The notes: a model not told the origin generated them from the letters alone. Positions 1 to 13,463 are shown, counted from the first letter of the stretch. The stretch: DNA of 64,000 nucleotides from Paragordius varius (GCA_964247055.1 OZ176057.1:4154001-4218000), one strand, 5' to 3'. Made by a program: numbers and translations.

Positions 1-42
1 TTTGCCCAAATAATAATTTTAATTCATTATTGGATTGCAAAT

Positions 43-1130
43 CTAGTAATTCCATTTGTAAATTAATAGGAGCGTTGATAGCTTCAACGTAGAACCAACA
101 AAATAATTCAAATATTTTTCATATTTTGTCATATCCCCGTATCGATTATTAAAAGCTTTTGATAATATGTTAATTCGATCTGCATATTTTAAAAAATAGT
201 TAGTTTTACCAGCTTTAAATCTATTCTTTGGAAAATGTTTAGCATTATTTATTTTTAAATGGCATTCAAATAACGTTAATTTTTTACAAAACGCTTTAAT
301 ATGGTTATTCGCATCAACAATTAAATTATCTTGCTTTTGCAAGGATTTATTTAATTTTAGTTTTTCGGTAATATCTACGGAAAAACATAAATCTGACAAC
401 CAATCTTCATTGGTTAATTCATTTACCAAATAATTATTTAATAAAAAATAAAAGCTTTTTAGACATTTCCCTCGACTAAGCCACCTTACATTTGAAAAAA
501 TAAGATCTCCATATTCTGAACGAATTTTTTTTAATAACTCCATAAACTGCCTATGCTTCACTTTAATAACAACGGTCATAACATTGTCCATTGTCAGGGC
601 ATGTGCGCATAGATTTTCATGAATCATGCAATGCATTATATATATATGGTCAATATTAATACCATCGGATTCCATCTTATTTAACAATAATTTCACGGTT
701 CCCTTGTCCCATCATAGTTGGGGCACCATCTGTTGTCAAACAAGATAGCGCCCTCAATTTATTGTCCTTAATACATTTTAAAACTGCATGAAACATATCA
801 TCTCCCTTAGTTGTATTTTTCATTGGAAGTAAGCCTAACATATCTTCTGTTATATTAAAAAATTCATCTATCCCTCGAATAAAGACTACCCATTGTGATA
901 TGTTGCTTATATCTATGCTTTCATCAAATGACAAGGAAAACGCCACTAAATTTTGAAATCTTTTTTTAGGGAAAGTTGAATATCTTCTGCGATGTCTGCA
1001 ATTCGTCGACACATAGTATTGCGCGAAAGACTTATACTGGATATTAATTCAACTTTATTAGAAAACACATTTTATAATTTCCAGTACGCATTCCTTTACA
1101 AACTCACCATCAGAATAAGGCTTCATTTTT
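43..1130 (-). pseudogene. Frameshifted hAT transposase coding remnant
   Basis: Two overlapping ORFs in different frames (677-1012, 43-696) plus upstream motif fragments; several small deletions relative to the family motifs. Confidence 0.85.
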
Positions 1131-1229
1131 TTGGCGAGTAAATTGGCAACAATATAATTTGCCTTTACTATCGGAAAGGTTGCGTGAATTAATTCCCAAT
1201 CGGGATTGTATTTTCTTTAGATTTATGCA

Positions 1230-1540
1230 TATTGAAAGCTAAATAAATTAGTTTAAATAACTATTTTTTTCAAGTAATTTAATGTTTCAATGGACCCAAA
1301 TATAATTCACAGTATTGGTATAAAAAATAAATTATTTTAAATACCTATTTTTTGCAACAATGTTTCAATTAACCCAAATTATAATTCCCAGTATTGGTAT
1401 GAAAGTTAAATAAATTATTTATACCTATTTTTTGCAAGTATTTCAATGTTTTAATGTACTCAAATTATAATTCCCAGTATTGGTAAGAAAGCTAAATAAA
1501 TTATTTTAATTACCTATTTTTTGCAAGTAATTTAATGTGA
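1230..1540. repeat. About 3.5 tandem copies of an ~85-bp unit inside the hAT 5' region
   Basis: aaagctaaataaatt-like anchors at about 1237, 1322, 1402 and 1488; ataattcccagtattggta recurs. Confidence 0.8.
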
Positions 1541-2345
1541 AAGTTATCATCTTGAAGTTGGAAATAACATGCAGGAAAAAATGTGTTTTATAAATGATTA
1601 AATGAATGCGATGATAGATATTCATAATAAGGAATTTTATAAAGTTTCTGAAATTAATTTAAATGTAGAAATAAAAATGCATAATTTACATATAAAAAAT
1701 TAAAAAAATTAGAAATAATTTTTTTTAAAATTTTTTTTTCAAAATTTTCAAAGAGCCACTCAATATTTTCAATGACCCACTAGTGGCTCGCGAGTACCCT
1801 GTTGGACACCCCTAATTTATCTATTATTTCTTATGGTGAATTTATGAACATAGTTAAAATATGAAACACACGATAACCACTGATTAATTATAAATGTCGC
1901 ATTTAAAGAACAAAAACAAATAAAGTGAAAAATAAATATTTTTATAAAATTTTTTTAAAAACTTCCAAATGAAATGCGCTATTTTTGATAAAAATGGAAA
2001 TTGGCATTTTTTACTTTTACTTATATATACATATATATATATATATATTAGCATAAAAAATGATTATAAAAGGGATTTATTTGCATCAAGATATTTGGAA
2101 TTTTTACTTGATGAATGTTTTATTTAATTATAAAAATATATTTAATTATGGATAATTTTTAGTTTAGTGTAAAAAAGGATATTAAATGCAGTTATTAAGT
2201 GATAATAATTATATAATTGAGGTAAAGAAAATCTGACAAAAAATGTGCTACAATATTATCAATCATCTTATATCATGCAAAAATTCTAATTACCACAGCG
2301 CTGGAATCGATTTTCTTAAAGTTTGTTCGGTGTAGAAAATTCAAA

Positions 2346-2640
2346 TTGGATGGATATAACTCAAAATTTTATGATTATTTAAAAAATGTAACATCCAAAA
2401 TCGGTTTAAAAACCAATAAAAATCAAAACAAAGCAGCCCGCAAGGCCATTTGTGTTAACCACCCCTGGTTTGGGAGAACAAACTATATATTTTTCAAACA
2501 AGTTAACGATATTCATTTAGAAAGCGCTCTAAATTATGCAAATGGGTTTATATCGATAAAATATAAAATTTTATCTTTTAATTGCAAAAAAATGTCAAAC
2601 ATTTATTTAAAATTTTGTCTTATCTTTATTACTGTAATGG
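2346..2640 (+). mobile_element. Possible highly decayed non-LTR retrotransposon fragment
   Basis: Lys/Asn-rich ORF with an HPWF motif reminiscent of the LINE endonuclease-RT linker; no RT core motifs seen. Confidence 0.25.
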
Positions 2641-4296
2641 GGAATTGTGTTCATATTTTTATTATATTTAGCCAGAAATAATCGTGGATATCAATCTCAA
2701 TATAATTTTTCAACTCAAATGCCGATTTCATCTTCCAAGAACAATGGTTTATTTTTAATTTTTATACATTTCTTTTAAAATCTATTTTTATCTACGTTTA
2801 ATATAATTGGACTAGACAACAAATTTTCCCTTTTTTAATAATTTATTTCATTAAATAATAGAATATCTGAAAAAAATTGGTCTAACATCCAAGAATTTTT
2901 ATTAGGGTTTATCCCCCGATTTAACATTAAACTCGAAATATTCAAAATTATTAGTTTTAGATATATAGCTATATATAATATATATCCTTCGAGCGAAAAA
3001 AACTAAATCTTAACAATCGTACTAAGTTATATCAATTTGATGTAAAAGTGCTTTATATGGTCAAAATTTTTAGTCCATAAATAAGTCAAAAATTTTCAAA
3101 AACAAATTAAAAAATCATATAAATTATTATAATATAATTATTAGGGTCACATTAGTATAAAAAAGTTTTTGGTTTGCTTATTTGAGAAGAATCATTATTT
3201 TTAAAATTATTTTACTGTGGATATTAATGATTTTCTAAAAATTTTTTATAGAATGGTTGTAAAAAATCAAGAATAAATTAAACTAAATTTTTAGTTTTTA
3301 AATTTTAAATTAAAAGCCTTCTTTGAAAGAAAACTAATATTGATATGGTAAATTTTTTAAAACCAAAATTAAAAATGGCTCTTTTGAAGCATATTAAAGC
3401 AATAAATAAGAGTTTTAATTAAATCATGTTTTATTTTTTTTAGACAATCATACGATTGAGCTATTTTCCATTAGTTTTAGAAAAAAATTAATTAAGAAAA
3501 ATGCTCTTGTTTTACGCTTCTCCAATATTAACTACCAGTGTAAAACATTAGTATACATTTTATAAAATTTTTATAATGATTATTACAAATGGGCATTTGT
3601 TATATATTTAAAAAGATATTTATTAGTAAAATATTAATAAAGAGGGTGCATTACCAAAAAAAATTAAATTTTACAAAATTCTTAGGTGAGACTATATTTT
3701 TATGTAAGATTTACTCTTAATATGATGGTAAATCGGAAAATCAAAGCAGAAAAATTTGTTATCTAATGTTATATTAAGTTAGTTAAAATAAGCAAATTAT
3801 TAATATTATAATTATCATTAAAAGTCTGTTTTATCAAAAAATATGCATTTTTTTTAATAAAATCCTCCCTTCATGGTTACATTTCGTGTTTAGTATACGT
3901 CCAACATTGGATTGTATATTAAATTCAAGTATACATAGGCTTAATTAAACCATCACTAATTATTTTGGAGGTATTGGAGAACGGTTGTTTGATATTTTTA
4001 TATCTTTTTTGCTAATTTTTATAAATCCAGTTTTTAGATCCAGAATATTATGAATAAATTTTAACATCATCCCACATAATAATACAATATATAATTATTT
4101 ATATGACTTGAAGATTAAGTATTTAAAATTTCAACGGAGCATACGCAGTATATAGCACACATAGTGGATTAATTATCAATTATCATAGTCGTGCTGGTGT
4201 CAGGAGTGATGTCCGTTAAAGTTGTTGAGTTATCATTATATTCATCAACACTGCCACCGTTATCAACATTGGCTGGTAACAAAAGTCTTCTCGTAC

Positions 4297-7200
4297 TTAG
4301 GGTAAAGAGTTTCGCCGTACACTCGTGATTCGAGATAAAACATTTCTTCTGGTTGTCGTTCTACGTGTCGCTCTTGGAGTAGTCCGACGGCGTCTACGTT
4401 GGGTTATTCGAGATGTTTGAGGGCGAAATCGCATAGTTCGACGTCTCCGACGACGTGTTGTAAGAGGACTTCTCATTCTTCTAGTAGTAATACTTCGTGG
4501 AGATGCTCGGCGCCTTGTAGATCTAGTCCTCACCCGTGGTGTAAATCTGGAAAATATAGTCCTTATTCTGGGTGTTCTAGCCTTCATAGTAGTGTTTATT
4601 CTCTAATTTTCCAAATTTAAAATGCATATAAATAGGACTAGATCTGATCCGTTAAAACTGCAATACATGATACTTTGTCGCTTAAAACATTAATAAAAAA
4701 TGTAAACATATTTTTATGCGTTATATGAAATACAGTAAAAACTGAAATACGGAAAAAACGTAAAAATATAAAAACAAATATTATTTTCTAAAAGACAACC
4801 ATTATTAAATCTTAAATTATTTAAATATAATTCACTGTTTTAAATGGCAAAGTCTGCATTAGAGATATATATTACTAATACAAACAATTATATTTTTTGT
4901 TGTAACTAAATGGCTTATAAGAAAATTAGGTTTTAAAAAGTTCCGTATTTAATTTTACTGTATTTGTATTTTATCTATTATCATGATTATTGCAACCTTA
5001 CTTATCATTAACATTCCTTGTCTTTTTTACAGATAATTAAACAGATAGTTATTTAACAATTAAATAAATGCCTGCTTATATGTGAGAAGATTAAGTAATA
5101 AATTTAGCATCAAAGCAGTAAAGAGCTGCCTAATATTTGTACGACAAAAATAAAATGATCAAGTTTTGTGCTTACGGGTAGTCGTCATGGAAGCGCTCAC
5201 TCCGGTTGAGGTTGAGGGGGACGAGAGAGAACTGGTTTGAACCATAGCAGTAGCGTTTAATGAAAGAGTTGTAACTGTGCTGCTAATCGATACAACTGGA
5301 CTTGTAACCATAGTAGGGGTGGTAGCAGACGCAATTGTAATGGAAATCATTGAAGAGGAGGATGAGGCTGTGGACATTGAAGTCGACGACATTGAGGTTG
5401 AGGAGTCAGTCGTTGATGGGGTCACTGGATCCACTGAAAAACAAACATAATAATATACAGTTTAGTGTCGTATTTTTTCTTTTTGACGACCATAACAAAG
5501 GCCAATTAAGAGAGAGACTTATGAAAGTTAACATCCCCTTGAGGTCTGACAGTGATGGAAAAAATGCCCAGTTTTATGATTTAAACTATGCCCCCACATA
5601 GTGTAGGAGTATGGAGTCTTGCCCAAATATACCATAAACTTAGATCACGTTCATGAATTACAAAATGCAATAACATTGGAGGATAAAGAAGCGTTGATAA
5701 ATATAAAACGAATCAAATTAATGTGCCAATGTATTATCAATTAAAAAAATTATAAATCGCAGTAATCTATACTATCAGGGATCAAAACCCAGTCCTTAAC
5801 CCAGCAGTGGTGTTCTGATAGATTAAATCTAGTTCTGGGTCCTCTTCATCCAAAGGGCCTTGCTGGGTTTAGGAGCATTTATAAATGACTAAATTTATTT
5901 AATGGGCCCACAAGTTTTCCAGAATATAACATCAGGCCAACATTTGACATTAAACCCATAGATTATTTGGTAAAATTATAATACAAAAAACTTATACTTT
6001 GAGAATTAATATATTTTATAATATCTGGGTACGATATATGGGAATCTGACATAAGGTCCGAACCCCGGTCTGCATTCATAAATGAACTCTAGAAATTCAT
6101 AAATTTGGATAAGCTTCATTGTATCCGAAATTGCTTCCAAGACACAATCCTTACGTACCTTTTTTTGAAAAAACCCCTAACATGGAAGGGGCCATAGGGG
6201 CTAATGACTCGACAATGAATAGCGTATTATAGTATAAAATTATTAAATTTGAAATATGTTAAATTGCTTCCATCATTTTTATTATTATTTATATACGTAC
6301 CAAATAAAAGAATACAGGCAAAATTGATACTCATAAATAGCAGAAAATGAATTTAGATAATCTTAAGATCTACCTGCCACAGTTATAATACCCACCTGTT
6401 CAATTTTTAAAATTTGGTTCCGGTTCTCTTATCCCAGGGTTCTATTTTTCCAGTTAACACGTCTAATATTTCATATGTATCATATTTTAGTGATTTTAGC
6501 AAAAACGATATATTTTTGATTTACCACGAGCCCAATTATTAATAGGTTTTGTAAGCAGGTAACCATTAATCAACACCATTTGTCAAGAGTGTTCTTTAAA
6601 ACTTATATGGTTTTTGAACATTTTAAGACCCTTAATCTGGAACGCTTGAATTTTCTTTTTGAACATTTTAATTGGACAATGAACACTTTAAATTAGTCCT
6701 TAAACACTTTAGTTGGTCCTTAATTTTTTAAATTAGCCCGTTCATAATTTTTGCATGTATTTTTCTATTTTATTATTATTAATGTTATATCAGAAACATT
6801 TTTCAAACGAATACAAAAATACTGTTTTTGAATAAAAAAAGTAATATTTTACCTAAATGTTTAGGTTAATTAGAGATATTTATATAGTTTGATTGATCAA
6901 AATTAAATGCAAAATAAAAATGTTGAAGGGCCAACACAATTGAAAGAGCAACTTGAAAAGTTTAAAGACTTTCAATGACGAATTTAAAGATTTGGACACT
7001 TTTGAAGTGCACATGGTATATAAGCCTTTGGACGCATTATGGTTAAACCATAGATTTGAAAGGCAATTCTAGTTGCTAACATAAAATCGCGCATGTTGTA
7101 TTATATTCGTGTATAATTTTTGATTATTACAACATTAATCAAAATAAAATGTTATTTTCCTTAAAGGTAGTTTATAAGATTTGGCTTATTAATCGAAATT

Positions 7201-7375
7201 GTTTGTGAATTCAAATAATTAGAAACTACGCTTCATATGTACCAGCCAATTACATATTATTTCGAGATATTAGTTTACCATGGGCATAAACCAGCTTTGA
7301 GAATAATAAAACCCATAGATAGAATAAAAGTGAACAGGTATTAAAAATAAGATTCTGTTGGGATAAGCGAGGCAT
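4297..7375 (-). CDS. Secreted Ser/Thr- and Arg-rich protein, copy 1 (diverged, C-terminally truncated, possibly a pseudogene)
   Basis: Exon 1 7279-7375 (MPRLSQQNLIFNTCSLLFYLWVLLFSKLVYAH, donor GTAAAC); exon 2 starts 5433 with donor at 5201 (GTGAGC, phase 0) or 5176 (GTAAGC, phase 1); exon 3 4602-4297. A 1-nt deletion near 4300 relative to copy 2 creates an early TAA that removes the acidic tail. Confidence 0.65.
4733..4960. mobile_element. Tc1/mariner-like MITE (CAGTAAAA TIR, TA flanks) in intron 2 of the Arg-rich gene
   Basis: ta|cagtaaaa ... ttttactg|ta; paralogues at 22441-22666 and 41152-41377. Confidence 0.8.
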
Positions 7376-7435
7376 ATTTAACACAAAATTATTTTTATAA
7401 AGTAAAAAATTAAAATTATTAAATAAATTAATTTT

Positions 7436-7473
<38 letters not shown>

Positions 7474-8329
7474 TCTATTAATATTGACTGTGGAAAACAA
7501 CTTTGAAATATATGTTGTTTATATTTTTCACAAGGGACTTTTATTACTTCAAAGTTAAGCTTTTGCGACACATTACATCCTATTTTGTGATTGATTAAAT
7601 TTATTTAATAATATGTAGTGTATGTGTAAAATAACATGGTAAAATGGATTACCTTGATTATATGTGTTGTCGAAATATAAAAATATTTACCAAAATGAAT
7701 TTGCAAAGGTCATAGAGAAATGACATGACATTATTACAAAAAAACCAGGCTAATTCGGCACCAATAAAATCGATCATTTAGAGTGAAAACTTTTGTTTTG
7801 ATAAAAAACACCTACTATAAACACAATATATCATTTATGTTCGGTTAATAATGACCTTCTAAATCAATATTCAAAGGTATTTAAACTATTGATTATGTGG
7901 AAAAAATTGTTTTTATAATATATCTATTCCTTGTAAAATTATGGTCATGATTGTTATAATACGCTTCTACAAAATTTTCTAATTAACATTTTAATCACGT
8001 CCCTCGTTAGTTTTAACATTAAATAAAAAATGATATAACATTAAAACTCAGCAAAAATGTGAAAATAAAATTTAGGGATTGGGTTTCTGATCCCTGATAG
8101 TTTGGGTTACTAGTTCAATTATTATTTGTTTTTCAAATGATAAATTGGTACATTAATTTGATTTTCCGTTTTATATTTAACAACGTTTCTTTATGTCATC
8201 TATTTAGTGTATGGTATATATCGAGCTAGACTCTATACACTTCTATGTGAAAGCATAGTTCAAATCATAAAACTGTTTTTTTTGCATCACTGTCAGACCT
8301 CAGGGAAATGCTGTAATAAACTTTCATAA
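5519..8329. repeat. Inverted repeat pair (arms about 5519-5790 and 8081-8329) bracketing exon 1 of the Arg-rich gene
   Basis: Left arm ttatgaaag...tgaggtctgacagtgatg...tatcagggatcaaaaccc matches the reverse complement of the right arm, with mismatches and one ~40-bp indel. Confidence 0.85.
6575..7017. mobile_element. Degenerate MITE of the ACCATTTGCACTT family with gtccttgaacactt-type subterminal repeats
   Basis: Ends accatttgtc... and ...gaagtgcacatggt; related to 25436-25961, 44147-44672 and the better preserved 55157-55719. Confidence 0.6.
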
Positions 8330-9320
8330 TTTATATGTTAAAGATCCAATCTGTTATGCAAGACTTAGAGTTGTGATATGCTTACGATTGAAATTATATA
8401 ATATATCGATAAATCAAGACAAAAATAGCTGATAATCGATACTTGCCTGTAATTTTTTAACCTGTTTGTCCTAGTTAACATAGTGGGGTAGTTTTTATCC
8501 TTAAACTCAATTTTATATATAAACTAACTGTTTTAAAGTTATTTTAGTTAAAATTTAATTATCAAACATTGTCATGTATTATATAAACTTTTATTTTTTA
8601 CAGCTTTATAATTCTAGGCCTTAAATTGGGACAGCTCTAGAACTAGATTGGAATGAACAGCTAAAATTTAAAATCAAAATACATAGTTTTTGCTGGTAAA
8701 ATGCAGCCTCAAAGGCTTTTAAGACAATTATTTACAAAACCATAATATACATTTATTTCCCTGGTGTATTAACGATTAAAAAATAAAATAGATATAGTGG
8801 CCTTCATAAAAAAATTCTGTAATGCGCTAAAGGCAAAGAAGTATCCCAAAGACTTTTTAAGATATTCTAATTTGAAATCGCTCTCGGATATATATCTAAA
8901 ATCATGATTGTTAATAACATAAAATGGCTCAAATATTAAATATATTTGTAATTATATAGAAAATATTCCAAAATATATATTTACCAATTTTGATTTATTT
9001 AAAAATACTTAGGTTTCATTAACCAATTCATAGGTATAATAATTACTCGTAATTTCAGTAAATGCACCCTTTGATAAATTAAAACAAAATTTAAAAAGAA
9101 AATAATAGTTTTATCACACTTTGTTTTAATAATTTCAACATGGTATGCAGATCAAATTTTTTTTGATAATACTAAAAATAACTCTTTAAAAAATAATAGC
9201 AAAACCCCTGATAATCAGCTGTTTTTATATGTGTGTTCGTCATTTTGAATTAAAGTTCACTTAACGATTTATAGTAGCCTAATTCTAGTCATAACTTCAA
9301 TATATTTATTAAATTATATA

Positions 9321-12300
9321 ATGAAAAACTTGTTTGTAATTATGATCATAATGATTTATCTAGTAAGGTCGTAGGTTAAGCCAATTATTATTGGAAAAAA
9401 ATAATTAAGATGACCCGTCGTTAATGATTATTAATTACACTTATTTTAGGTAAAAATGGTTGAAAGCGAATTCTAGTAATTGTTAATACGTAACCGAAAT
9501 AATTTGATATAATTAATTTTAACCTGTTTTTAGGATCGAATAGCTATTGTTATAAAACCGCACTCTTGCCATTAGCCATTTTTTAAAAACTCAAGGATCA
9601 TTTTGAAAACTGAATAATGTTAACTTAATTGCATTTTAATTGGAGGTTAAAGCGTGTATACAAGTTATTTGATTTTAGATAATAATTCTAATTCCATCAC
9701 TTCTAATTGGTTCCAAGCCATAGCCGGACGCCTTATTGCTAAGTTGACCAGATTGAAAGCATCAAATTTAACAAACTTTAACTTAAATAATAGGTATATA
9801 CCCCAATAATTGACACTTTTACATAACACATTTTTTTAAACGATATAAGAAATTAATTTTGAAAAGTTGTGCATTGTAAATGTTATCCCAAATTGGATTT
9901 ATTAAATTTTAAAATATTTTAGTTTTGATTCTATTAAATTTAACTATATATTTATATAGTTTACTGCAACCACACGTTCTTAACACTAAAATCTTCAACT
10001 TCGAGCACAAAATTATACATTACTCAAAGTTTATACCTGAATTTGCCAGACAAAACTTAAACGCAACCAAAAGCCTTCTTGAATCTACAACACTAGATGA
10101 GAATTCTATTCCTATGTACAATGCATTGACGATAATTAAAAATTTGACACAGTCTAATTCCAGCAAACATAAAATGAATTTAGGATCTGGAAATATGGCT
10201 GTAAGAATAACATTGGCAGAAAGTTCAGTTTTGCCGCTCACAAATTCGGTTAATACATTCCATTTTAAAGATAAAGAAAGCATTGACACAAATATGAATA
10301 GATTAAATTCTTATACGTTTGAAACCAACAACCAAACAGAATATATCGCTATATCGGACCAAAATATAAGTTTGAGCACCAATTTGGTGAAAAGCTCTAG
10401 GACGCAAAATAATTCAATAAACGCAGAACGGAGGTTAACAACCAAAACACTACAAACCGGAAATCTAACTCAGAACACGATATATGGGAAAGCCATTATA
10501 AATATTTCTAATGTTAGACAGTCACCTGATATAATTAATTCAACTTATCAATATACTAACCCATTCTATTCGATTCCTGTAAATCATGGTAACATTGCAA
10601 CAAGTACGCTAAAATTATTGCTAAATCTCAAACCGTCAAAAACAATAAGAATGGTTACCATACTTAATTTAATCAATAATTTTACAACACCTTTACCACA
10701 AACTAAAAGCACTGTTGGGCCCAATTATAATTCTCCAAAAAATATTTTAAGTAATTCCTTATACAAAACGGAAGATGTCAATATCTTGTTTGGGGGCGAA
10801 AGCAATCTTGAAAAACCCGATTTTGAAAAAAATCAAGCCTTTACCATGACCACACCGCTGAATATACCGTTAGATGAAATCATAAAAATTAAGCACAAAT
10901 CTCACCAGCATGGCGGTGCAGGATCTGACTTTTCTTACACAAGAGATATTAATAATAGGTTTGTTATGAAACTTTATAAAATAAGCTTTACCATGATAGA
11001 TTATGAGATTTAAATCAGTGGTACTTAAACCATATGGTTTCCGAGCCGCATTTTTGTTTCAAAAAAACTGGCGGGCTACATTCCTAAAATATATGGGCAA
11101 TAACAAATATTTTTATAGATTCCAAACATTCATTTACTGTAAAAAATACAAACACTCTTAATATGGTTTCCGGGCCGCATTTTTGTTTCAAAAAAAATGG
11201 CGGGCTACATTCCTAAAATATATGGGCAATAACAAATATTTTTATAGATTCCAAACTTTCATATACTGTAAAAAATACAACACTCTTAATACTTATTTTA
11301 TCTATATTTTAAAGAATTCATTTAGAAATTTCTTTAAAAACGACAATTTTTGTAATATAAATAGCATATTTATACAAATTATGAGATGATTGCTTATTTT
11401 TTTGCGGGCTGCAGTTTGTATGATAAATGGGAAGGAATTTCGCAAAATTTTGTATAAAATCTTCAAATTGAATAAGACGGGTTTTTTCAAATGACATTTC
11501 TGAGAGCAACAAAAAGAAAATAAAATCTCTTCCCATTAGACAAATTATTTTTTTTTTAAATATTTATTTATTCATATACAATTAAATATTGAAAATTTAA
11601 CAAAGGTCAGAATATTGACAAATCGTGTTTAAATAAACTCTTGGCCTTAAAAGTAAACAAAAAAAAATCTGCAACCGGAATATTATGGTTTAATTTTAGG
11701 ACATTTCCATCATACCAAAAATAGTAAACAACATGCCTTATATCAAAAAACCTCTTATATAAAATAATGGCGCCAACATTAGTAAGCACCTTAGAATTTT
11801 GAAAAAGTATTTAAAAATAAATATATAAATATCAGAAAATTTATTAATATACGATTGCCATTTATTTGACAAACATATTGTTGATTTTTACTATGATGCA
11901 TATATTATAACAGACACTTTCTTCGTGAAAACGCCTTAAGCTTGTTTTAAATGCAAGAGATCTATCTCGATAAATTTACGAAACCTATATTTTGTAAGCC
12001 TATGAAAAAACCGAAACGGTTTGGATAAAATATTTATTTATATTAACAAAATTAGCTTTATTTAAAGCATATAACTTTTAAAAAATTTGACATGATGTGC
12101 GCTAATCTATCAATGTTTGGATTGGCCAATTATGAATGATTTTCAACTTTTTTTTCTAAAATCAATTTTATCGCAAACTATAATAATAATCCAAAAAAAA
12201 TATTTTTTTTTAAACAAAATTAAAAATATCGATTATGCACCGGGAGAACATGCAGGCCTCTGAGACGTTCTGTACAGCCAGCGTAAAAATAAAAAATACC

Positions 12301-13232
12301 AAATAAATTTGAAATTCTATAATTAAAATTAAATTCTAAGATAATACAATACATTGTTATAAAAAAGCTTTAATTGTCATATCCTTATATCTATTACTTG
12401 GATTTCTCAAACACCAGTGATTGTTCGGTACAGAGTTTTGAGGCCATTAAATAATAATTAAATTGGACCTCACAGAGTATACTATCGGTTCTTTTGTTTT
12501 TATATTTTTAAATCAGACCTGCGAAGTTTTGTGTAGGGGGCTCTGAAACATATCTCAATTAATATGCAACTCGTATGCTAAAAAGCTACCATTGACCTAT
12601 GATTATACCTGACAGTTTTCTTTTAAGGTAATAATCCAACTAAACAGATAATTTATTTCATATTAATTTAAATTTTGTAGATTTGATTTATTGGACCCGA
12701 ACAATCCGGATGATATGAAACGCTACATGCTTTCAGCCTTTGACAAAAATCATAATATTTATAAAGAAATGGGTTTGACCCCCTATAAAAATACATCCAA
12801 AGATCAAAAGAGGGATAAGTCAATGGTCGTGGTTAATGAACAAATTCATCAACATATAGGTTTTCATGCCAATCTGTCAAATGGTCATTTACCCTCTATA
12901 AGTATATTTCATAATGTTGTGTATAAAACTCCCTATTTGAGATAATTTTTTTTGAAAATGCGTTTTCTCTTATTCACAAAAAAGCATGGTCGGAATGGGG
13001 TGAATGGAGCCCTTGTAGTGTAGAATGTGGGAAAGGTTATCAAATGCGACAAAAACATTGCCAAGGACCTGCTCAGAGCTGTGGGGGATCCTTACTTGAT
13101 GTTCGAATATGCGAAGTTGTAGCTGAAACTGGGAAACCAAATCTCACCACCATCCATGACAACATACAAAGAGATGATTCAAACAAATATAACGAAACTC
13201 ATTTTTTAATCAAGAAATTAAATTTGAATTAG
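9321..13232 (+). CDS. Secreted Asn/Thr/Ser-rich protein with C-terminal TSP1 repeat, copy 1 (apparently intact)
   Basis: Phase-consistent exons 9321-9362 (MKNLFVIMIIMIYL, GTAAGG), 9450-9475, 9653-9793, 9960-10958, 12681-12901, 12985-13232; last exon has WSEWGEWSPCSVECGKGYQMRQKHC...C (TSP1 WxxWxxW and CSxxCG motifs). The two small 5' exons and the purine-rich acceptor of the last exon are less certain. Confidence 0.75.
11016..11430 (+). mobile_element. hAT-type MITE with two tandem ~129-bp internal units (11032-11290) in intron 4 of the TSP1 gene
   Basis: Starts CAGTGGTACTTAAAC (Charlie-like); contains gggccgcatt and tggcgggct subterminal motifs; degenerate right end gcgggctgcagtttg. Confidence 0.65.
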
Positions 13233-13463
13233 GCTAATATTATTTCACTTACAAACAAGCTTTTTCTTTTTCAAAAAATATAAAAAATAATACATTAATC
13301 CAAAACCATAATCGTATCTAAATTAAAAAAATATATTTATTAAATATGTTAAATAAACTTTTATAATGAAAGAGGAAGCATTCTGTTTTCATAACACAGG
13401 GTTTAATTTTCTACCGCAAAAAATGTGTTATACAAAAGTAATTACTCTCTCGTTTATACAATG

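Larger units (their letters stand above)
1..1814 (-). mobile_element. Decayed hAT-superfamily DNA transposon (SPIN/Charlie, GTF2IRD2-like transposase); runs off the left window edge
   Basis: Frameshifted ORFs 677-1012 (FDESIDISNISQ, LTTDGAPTMMG) and 43-696 (HCMIH, VRWLSRGKCL) carry hAT transposase motifs; KPYSDGEFVKEC and SLSRNT remnants at about 1010-1130; hAT-like terminus TAGGGGTGTCCAAC on the minus strand at 1801-1814. Confidence 0.9.

Noticed and set aside
8625-8940. Peptide GTALELDWNEQLKFKIKIHSFC resembling a C2-domain strand, and adjacent LINE-like peptide traces
   Set aside because: In-frame stops on both sides, no consistent splice phases, and similarity too short to call.
9534-9620. 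Acceptor-like tttttag|GATCG as an extra TSP1-gene exon
   Set aside because: Stops in all three frames in copy 1 and no convincing donor.
12080-12290. Conserved intronic blocks as possible snoRNAs
   Set aside because: No proper C/D or H/ACA box arrangement; conservation is explained by the duplication itself.
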